DNA of 64,000 nucleotides from Deltaproteobacteria bacterium. GTDB taxonomy: Bacteria; Desulfobacterota; Desulfobacteria; Desulfobacterales; B30-G6. The stretch covers positions 18,606 through 82,605 of the forward strand of contig JAJDNW010000071.1 of assembly GCA_022340465.1 (NCBI GenBank), written 5' to 3'. Within the stretch, counting starts at the first letter, position 1. Each line of letters begins with the position of its first letter. The position numbers were made by a program, and so were the translations under genes. Shown here piece by piece: positions 57,429-64,000 of the stretch. Under the pieces are notes generated by a model. The model had not been told where the DNA came from. It ran no database searches and worked only from the letters and a program-made list of their open reading frames with translations.

Positions 57429-57902
57429 ATGGCAAAAAGAGCTTTGGTATGGGCTTTGACGGTAACTCTCTGTGTAACCGTTATGGGGGGGTGCAGCGGC
57501 TTGAAACGCAGAGATGCCGCCGCCACGGGCGGCGATTTCAAGACCGCTCCCGAGGAGATTTATCTGGATTTTGACGATATCCTCATTCCGGAGAACATGA
57601 AGAGGGACAAGGAGCGCAGCTTTGTTTTCAGGATCGGCCCCCTGTCGGCCGGTGTCTTGGCGTTGAAGGGAAGGGTGCCGCCCGAGAATCTGATCGGATT
57701 TTTCGATAGCAACATGTCCAGGGACAACTGGAAAGCAGCGACTTCGTTTCGATCTCCACGATCTCTGCTGCTGTTTGAAAAAAATACGCGCTGGTGCATT
57801 ATTACCATCACCGAGGATGATTTCGACCATAAAACCCGGGTAGAAATCTGGGTTTCCCCCAAGTCGGAAGAGATCGATGCAGGATTGATAAAAACGGAGT
57901 GA
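57429..57902 (+). CDS. Hypothetical lipoprotein
   Basis: MAKRALVWALTVTLCVTVMGGCSG is a signal peptide with a lipobox. I recognise no further motif. An alternative upstream ATG is at 57357. Confidence 0.55.
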   Translation: MAKRALVWALTVTLCVTVMGGCSGLKRRDAAATGGDFKTAPEEIYLDFDDILIPENMKRDKERSFVFRIGPLSAGVLALKGRVPPENLIGFFDSNMSRDNWKAATSFRSPRSLLLFEKNTRWCIITITEDDFDHKTRVEIWVSPKSEEIDAGLIKTE

Positions 57903-57914
57903 GCGACACCCATC

Positions 57915-58637
57915 ATGGTCAAGCAAGTGGAGCAATGCAATCCGGGGGACGCCGCAGAACTGGCAACGACCCTCGAACATATTTCCGAAACCCTGACGTA
58001 TCTGGCGTCGTCGGGTTTGAGAGGATTTGACGGCGGTGCCGACCATCTGGAAACGCTTAAAAGCTGGGGCCGCCCGCCGGCGGTTGCCGGAGATAATTTG
58101 GCGGAAATACAAAGGGAGGTGCGTTCCTGTGACCGTTGCAGCCTGTCGGAAACGCGCAAGCATACCGTATTCGGTGAGGGCGCCGACGAGGCGCGCCTGG
58201 TCTTCGTGGGTGAAGGGCCGGGCTACGAGGAAGATCAGCGGGGACGCCCCTTTGTAGGGCCGGCGGGCCGGCTGCTGACCAAGATCATCCAAGCCATGGG
58301 GCTTGCTCGCGAAGACGTCTACATCTGCAACATCATCAAGTGCCGACCGCCGGGCAACAGAAATCCGGATCCCGGCGAGATCCGCGCCTGCCTGCCTTTT
58401 CTCAAAAGACAACTGGCGATTATCCGGCCGGACTATATTTGTGCACTCGGCGCCGTGGCGGCCCGGACGCTGCTCAAAAGCGAGGTCCCTATATCGCGTA
58501 TGCGGGGGCGCCTTTATCCAATGGGGAACGCGCGTATCATGCCCACGTACCATCCGGCGTATCTTTTGCGCAACCCGGACCGCAAACGCGATGTCTGGGA
58601 AGACGTACAAATTCTGATGCGCGAGATGGGGTTGTAG
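57915..58637 (+). CDS. Uracil-DNA glycosylase, family 4
   Basis: Contains CDRCSLSETRKHTVFGEGADEARLVFVGEGPGYEEDQRGRPFVGPAG and HPAYLLRNP, with the Fe-S Cys pattern. Confidence 0.85.
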   Translation: MVKQVEQCNPGDAAELATTLEHISETLTYLASSGLRGFDGGADHLETLKSWGRPPAVAGDNLAEIQREVRSCDRCSLSETRKHTVFGEGADEARLVFVGEGPGYEEDQRGRPFVGPAGRLLTKIIQAMGLAREDVYICNIIKCRPPGNRNPDPGEIRACLPFLKRQLAIIRPDYICALGAVAARTLLKSEVPISRMRGRLYPMGNARIMPTYHPAYLLRNPDRKRDVWEDVQILMREMGL

Positions 58638-58684
58638 GAAAGCTTCAACAACACCGATTCTCGAACATCGCATATGGTGAAGCC

Positions 58685-59962
58685 ATGAAATCCATCCGTA
58701 TCATCGCCATGTTGGTTGCATTGCTGGCAATTTTCATTGGCACATGCGCCGGAGCCGGCCAGGGAGACGTTTATGTCATGCGCGTGGCCGATGCCATCAG
58801 CCCCGCGATCACCGATTTCATCATCAAAGGGATTGCGGAGGCCGACCGGGATCGGGCGGCCTGTCTGATTGTCGAACTGGACACGCCGGGCGGCCTGGTC
58901 GAGGCCACCCGCAAGATTGTCATGGCCATCTATGCCGCGCATACGCCGGTGGTGGTATTCGTGTCGCCCGGGGGTGCCAGGGCCGCTTCCGCAGGGGTCA
59001 TGATAACCATGGCCGCCGACATTGCCGCCATGGCTCCGGGGACCAACATCGGCGCCGCCCACCCGGTCGGCGGTGGCGGCAGAGATATCGGCGAAACCAT
59101 GTCCGAAAAGGTGACCAATGATGTGGCAGCCTTTGCCAAGAGCATTGCCGAACGGCGCAAACGCAATGTGGAGTGGGCCGAAAAAGCGGTCCGGGAGAGC
59201 GTGTCCGTGACCGAAAAAGAGGCTTTGGCGCACAACGTCATCGATGTCGTTGCCGAGGATGTGGAAGACCTCGTCCGGCAAATCGACGGCCGCGAAGTCG
59301 AGGGCAAGGGCCGGCTGAGCCTCGCAGGGGCGGAACGGAAAAACATTCACGAAACCATGCGCACCAGGATATTGAAGACCATCAGCAATCCCAACATCGC
59401 CTACATTCTGATGATGATCGGCTTGGCGGGCATCTATTTCGAACTGTCGCACCCCGGTGTCATTTTCCCGGGCGCCATCGGGGGTATAGCGCTCGTCCTG
59501 GCCTTTTTCGCTTTTCAGACTCTGCCGGTCAACTATGCGGGGATACTGCTTATTGTTTTGGCCATCGTGTTTTTCATTCTGGAGATGAAGATCGCGAGCT
59601 TCGGACTTCTGAGCGTGGCGGGGGTGGTTTCCCTCTTTCTGGGGTCCCTGATGCTGTTTGAGGGGGATGCCCAAGGGTTCGGGCTTTCCTGGAGAGTGTT
59701 TCTTCCCACGGTTTTGCTGGTTTCAGGCTTTTTTATTCTGGTTGCCGGGCTGGCCTTTCGGGCGCAGGTGGCCAAGCCTAGAACCGGCGGGAAGGGGCTG
59801 ATCGGGGAAATCGGGGTCGTCAAAAAGCGTCTGGCACCCGAGGGGAAGGTTTTCGTGCACGGTGAGCTATGGTTTGCCCGGGCGCGTGAGACCATCGAGG
59901 AGGGGTCCAAGGTCCGTGTCGTCGCCGTTAAAAATCTGGTGCTGGACGTGGAGCGCGAATAA
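58685..59962 (+). CDS. NfeD-family membrane-bound ClpP-class serine protease
   Basis: Contains a signal/TM segment, the ClpP-like domain LDTPGGLVEATRKIV...GGARAASAGVMITMAAD, a TM bundle, and a C-terminal OB-like NfeD tail (GKVFVHGELWFARA). Confidence 0.8.
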   Translation: MKSIRIIAMLVALLAIFIGTCAGAGQGDVYVMRVADAISPAITDFIIKGIAEADRDRAACLIVELDTPGGLVEATRKIVMAIYAAHTPVVVFVSPGGARAASAGVMITMAADIAAMAPGTNIGAAHPVGGGGRDIGETMSEKVTNDVAAFAKSIAERRKRNVEWAEKAVRESVSVTEKEALAHNVIDVVAEDVEDLVRQIDGREVEGKGRLSLAGAERKNIHETMRTRILKTISNPNIAYILMMIGLAGIYFELSHPGVIFPGAIGGIALVLAFFAFQTLPVNYAGILLIVLAIVFFILEMKIASFGLLSVAGVVSLFLGSLMLFEGDAQGFGLSWRVFLPTVLLVSGFFILVAGLAFRAQVAKPRTGGKGLIGEIGVVKKRLAPEGKVFVHGELWFARARETIEEGSKVRVVAVKNLVLDVERE

Positions 59963-60152
59963 TTTTCGATTCAGCCGGATTGATGGTAATCCGTATGGGT
60001 GAGCAATAAGAGGCGATCAGCTCAAAGACGGTTTTCAGACGGGATGGATGCAAAAGTACGGGTCCCCCGGAAGAGCCTAAAATCAGATGGGGTAGTGAAA
60101 CTTAGACAATGTACCTTATCCGGCCAAACGCCATCATGAGAGGAGGAAAAAC

Positions 60153-60896
60153 ATGATAACGACCATAGCTATCGTCGTGTTGGTGATCTTTTTTTTATCC
60201 GTTGCCATACGCGTATTGAACGAGTACGAGCGGGGCGTCATCTTCAGACTGGGGCGTGTCATCGATGCCAAGGGACCGGGACTGATCATTTTGCTGCCAA
60301 TCATCGATAAGATAGTAAAGGTGAGCCTGCGGCTGGTGGCCCTGGATGTGGATCCTCAGGATGTCATCACCCGCGACAACGTGTCGGTCAAGGTCAATGC
60401 CGTGATCTATTTTAGGGTGGTCGACGCCACCAAGGCCATCATCGAGGTAGAGAATTACAGTTACGCCATGTCCCAGCTGGCACAGACGACCATTCGAAGC
60501 GTGTGCGGCCAGGCGGAGCTGGATGAACTCCTGGCGGAGAGGGATAAGATCAATTCCGAGCTGCAGGAAATCTTGGACACGCATACCGATCCCTGGGGAA
60601 TCAAGGTGACCACCGTGGAATTGAAACACATCGACCTCCCTCAGGAAATGCAGCGGGCCATGGCACGGCAGGCGGAAGCCGAGCGGGAACGGCGGGCCAA
60701 GGTCATCAATGCGGAAGGGGAATATCAGGCGGCCACCAGGCTTGCAGAAGCATCTGAAATAATAAAGAAAAATCCGATAGCTCTGCAGCTGCGATATCTT
60801 CAGACGGTAAACGAGATGTCGACCGAAAACAACTCGACAATCTTTTTCCCCATTCCCATCGATCTGTTGAGCCCTTTTTTGAAAAAGAAGGAATAA
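60153..60896 (+). CDS. SPFH/band-7 (stomatin-like) protein
   Basis: Contains an N-terminal TM segment, [38 protein letters not shown], and a coiled C-terminus [20 protein letters not shown]. Confidence 0.9.
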   Translation: MITTIAIVVLVIFFLSVAIRVLNEYERGVIFRLGRVIDAKGPGLIILLPIIDKIVKVSLRLVALDVDPQDVITRDNVSVKVNAVIYFRVVDATKAIIEVENYSYAMSQLAQTTIRSVCGQAELDELLAERDKINSELQEILDTHTDPWGIKVTTVELKHIDLPQEMQRAMARQAEAERERRAKVINAEGEYQAATRLAEASEIIKKNPIALQLRYLQTVNEMSTENNSTIFFPIPIDLLSPFLKKKE

Positions 60897-60912
60897 ACCT
60901 GCAGGTTATATA

Positions 60913-60941
60913 TTGACACGCGAGTAGAAAACCGCTTAATA
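60913..60941 (+). promoter_or_regulatory. Candidate sigma70 promoter upstream of the small Rho_N-like gene
   Basis: TTGACA (60913-60918), a 17-nt spacer, then TTAATA (60936-60941). The predicted leader of about 100 nt contains the hairpin GGAGGC-GCGC-AGCCTCC. Confidence 0.4.
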
Positions 60942-61045
60942 AAAACGTTTACCTTGCAGACGGAGGCGCGCAGCCTCCGCTTGTGTTTATAATATTCCGA
61001 AAGAACGAAACACCCGGCTTGGGAAGAGAAAGGAGATAGACACAT

Positions 61046-61366
61046 ATGGCAGCCAAAGAAGAAACCGAAAAACCATTGGACAAGATGACCGTCAAGGAGC
61101 TCAAAGGGGTCGCCCTGGAAATGCCTGAAATATCCGGGGTGCACGGCATGAACAAGGGCGACCTTTTGTCGGCCATTAAAATGGCCAAGGGGATACCGGA
61201 GGAAAACAAGAAGAAAAAATCCGGGTCCATTCGTGAACTCAAACAGAAAGTCAAGGTTCTGAAGGTAAAACGTCGGGAAGCGCTGGAAGCCGACGATGCA
61301 AAAAAGGCCATGATCTACCGGCGCAAGATATCCAGGATGAAGCACAAGATGCGCAGCTACGCGTGA
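61046..61366 (+). CDS. Small basic protein with Rho-N/SAP-like N-terminal motif
   Basis: MTVKELKGVALEMPEISGVHGMNKGDLLSAI resembles the Rho N-terminal helix-extended-helix motif, and a Lys/Arg-rich tail follows. A strong SD (AAGGAG) is present. Confidence 0.6.
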   Translation: MAAKEETEKPLDKMTVKELKGVALEMPEISGVHGMNKGDLLSAIKMAKGIPEENKKKKSGSIRELKQKVKVLKVKRREALEADDAKKAMIYRRKISRMKHKMRSYA

Positions 61367-61403
61367 GCGCGTGCTCGACCGTACGCAACAAACTCGATTT
61401 TCG

Positions 61404-61461
61404 ATATTGGGATTTAGCATTTATATGCACTAGCGGTATCCAAACAACTCCCTTCAGGGGT
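61404..61461 (+). repeat. 58-nt intergenic box (copy B) upstream of xerC
   Basis: ATATTGGGATTTAGCATTTATATGCACTAGCGGTATCCAAACAACTCCCTTCAGGGGT aligns to 54257-54314. Confidence 0.7.
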
Positions 61462-61495
61462 GAAACAACAGCGGGGGGTGGTAGAGAGGCAGGCA

Positions 61496-62446
61496 GTGGA
61501 GAACGTGCCCATAAAAGAATTGGTCGCTGCTTTCATAGAGTCACTGGCAACGGAGAAAGGGTATGCCGCCAACACCTGCCGGGCCTACCACAGAGATCTA
61601 GAGGCTTTTTCCCGCTATGTCGGCAAAATGCTTCGGCCTGGAGACGGCCCCGGGGGGCAGGAACCCTGCCCGGGATTGCAGCAGGTCGACGGCCTGACGA
61701 TTCGGGGATACCTCGGTCACCTTCACAAACGGAACAGCAGGTCGACCATCGCCAGGAAACTGTCGGCCATCCGGTCATTTTTCAAATACGCCGTCAGGAT
61801 GGGGCATCTGTCCGCCAGCCCGGCGGACTCGGTCCTGACACCGAAGCAGAACCGGCCGGTACCGTCCTATCTGCCGGTGGACGACATGTTCCGGCTGCTG
61901 GATTCCATTGCAGAGGATACCCTGCTGGGGATTAGAAACCGCGCCATTTTCGAGATCCTTTACTCCAGTGGCGTGCGTATTTCCGAATTGGCCGGTTTGA
62001 ACATGGAGGATGTCGACTTCAGGGACGGGTCGCTGCGTGTAACGGGCAAGGGAAACAAGGAGCGCATCGTTCCGGTGGGAAGGAAGGCGCTGAACTCCCT
62101 CGAGGCCTACAGGAAACGGCTGGCTGCAGAAAAAGGGGCGGTTTTGAAGCGACGGAACCGTGAAAACGGCGACCCTGCTTTTCTCAATAAAAATTACGGC
62201 CGGCTGACGGCGCGTTCCATGGCCAGGATTTTAGAAAAGGTTTCCAGGGAATGCGGCATCCCCGTACCGGTGTCGCCCCATGGTTTTCGCCATTCGTTTG
62301 CCACCCACATGTTGGACGGCGGCGCCGATCTGCGGGTCGTTCAGGAGCTCCTGGGGCACAAGAGCCTTTCGACCACCCAGAAGTACACGCACGTGAGTAT
62401 CGACCGGCTGATGGAAGCCTATGACAAAGCGCATCCGCGGAAATAG
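61496..62446 (+). CDS. xerC: Tyrosine recombinase XerC/XerD family
   Basis: Contains an N-terminal SAM-like domain (YAANTCRAYHRDLEAF) and the catalytic residues ARNRAIFEILYSSGVRISE, HGFRHSFATHML and KYTHV. It has the conserved position before hslVU. GTG at 61496 has a GAGAGG SD; the track start GTG at 61460 lies inside the repeat. Confidence 0.85.
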   Translation: MENVPIKELVAAFIESLATEKGYAANTCRAYHRDLEAFSRYVGKMLRPGDGPGGQEPCPGLQQVDGLTIRGYLGHLHKRNSRSTIARKLSAIRSFFKYAVRMGHLSASPADSVLTPKQNRPVPSYLPVDDMFRLLDSIAEDTLLGIRNRAIFEILYSSGVRISELAGLNMEDVDFRDGSLRVTGKGNKERIVPVGRKALNSLEAYRKRLAAEKGAVLKRRNRENGDPAFLNKNYGRLTARSMARILEKVSRECGIPVPVSPHGFRHSFATHMLDGGADLRVVQELLGHKSLSTTQKYTHVSIDRLMEAYDKAHPRK

Positions 62447-62505
62447 TGCGGCGTGCGCGAACAGTTTAAGCTAAACCTGAATTAGGCTAATATAAGGATT
62501 TGAAA

Positions 62506-63039
62506 ATGCAGGAAATTCATGGCACGACTATCCTGGCCGTCCGTCACAAGGGGCGTGTGGCCCTGGCCGGTGACGGGCAGGTCACCATGAACAACACCGT
62601 GGTCAAGCACAAGGCCAAAAAGGTCCGGAAGATATACAACGACAGCATCATGGTCGGGTTCGCCGGGGCCACCGCCGATGCCCTCAACCTGTCGGAGCGC
62701 CTCGAGGCCAAGCTGGAGCGGTACAATGGAAACCTGACCCGCGCCGCGGTGGAGCTTGCCAGGGACTGGCGTACGGACAAATATCTCCGCCGCCTGGAAG
62801 CATTGATGATTGCCATCGATGCGCAGAACATGTTTCTCATTTCGGGGAACGGGGACGTCATCGAACCGGACGAAGGCATCATCGGCATCGGTTCGGGAGG
62901 GGTCGCCGCCCAGGCCGCGGCAACAGCCCTGATGCGGCATGCCGACCTGAGTGCGGCCCGAATCGTGGCGTCGGCCATGGAGATTGCGGCCTCGCTCTGT
63001 GTTTACACCAATGCTACGGTAACCATCGAGGAATTATAA
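62506..63039 (+). CDS. hslV: ATP-dependent protease subunit HslV
   Basis: [27 protein letters not shown] has the N-terminal Thr nucleophile context. ATG at 62506 has an AAGGA SD. Confidence 0.95.
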   Translation: MQEIHGTTILAVRHKGRVALAGDGQVTMNNTVVKHKAKKVRKIYNDSIMVGFAGATADALNLSERLEAKLERYNGNLTRAAVELARDWRTDKYLRRLEALMIAIDAQNMFLISGNGDVIEPDEGIIGIGSGGVAAQAAATALMRHADLSAARIVASAMEIAASLCVYTNATVTIEEL

Positions 63040-63050
63040 CGTTATTGGAA

Positions 63051-64000
<950 letters not shown>

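Noticed and set aside
61496-62446. Tyrosine recombinase as a marker of an integrated mobile element.
   Set aside because: It sits in the conserved xerC-hslV-hslU arrangement. There are no flanking att-like repeats, tRNA or phage/ICE genes, so it is the housekeeping chromosome-dimer resolvase.

Overview
This 64 kb window is moderately GC-rich, densely coding chromosomal DNA. Gene content suggests an anaerobic Deltaproteobacteria/Desulfobacterota-like organism, but that is inference, not a database hit. I found no rRNA, tRNA, CRISPR array, transposase or prophage genes.

Most of the window is housekeeping:
- A branched-chain amino-acid operon on the minus strand, ilvB-ilvN-ilvC-cimA-leuA, preceded by an Ile/Leu/Val-rich leader peptide and an intrinsic terminator.
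- topA and dprA, the secF-secD-yajC cluster, rng, leuS-lptE, rpsT, and murJ-ftsB-rfbD.
- pyrD, an HU gene, an htrA-type protease, a family-4 uracil-DNA glycosylase, an NfeD/SPFH pair, and xerC-hslV-hslU (hslU is cut by the right window edge).
- A WYL-domain regulator is cut by the left window edge.

Accessory or less ordinary content:
1. A 1444-aa single-polypeptide enzyme of the benzoyl-CoA-reductase / 2-hydroxyacyl-CoA-dehydratase superfamily. Its architecture resembles fused PlsA-PlsR ether-lipid synthases.
2. A GntR regulator, a corrinoid protein and a non-pyrrolysine MttB-family methyltransferase, behind a structured 218-nt leader.
3. A B12-binding radical SAM/TPR gene that appears co-transcribed with a double zinc-ribbon coiled-coil protein. 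This pair is divergent from a bacterial EHD-like dynamin-superfamily NTPase that has a C-terminal transmembrane hairpin.
4. At least four families of short dispersed intergenic repeats and structured elements, found by eye. None is explained by the genes.

All coordinates come from the ORF track plus my own reading of the sequence. All function calls rest on recognised motifs, not on searches.
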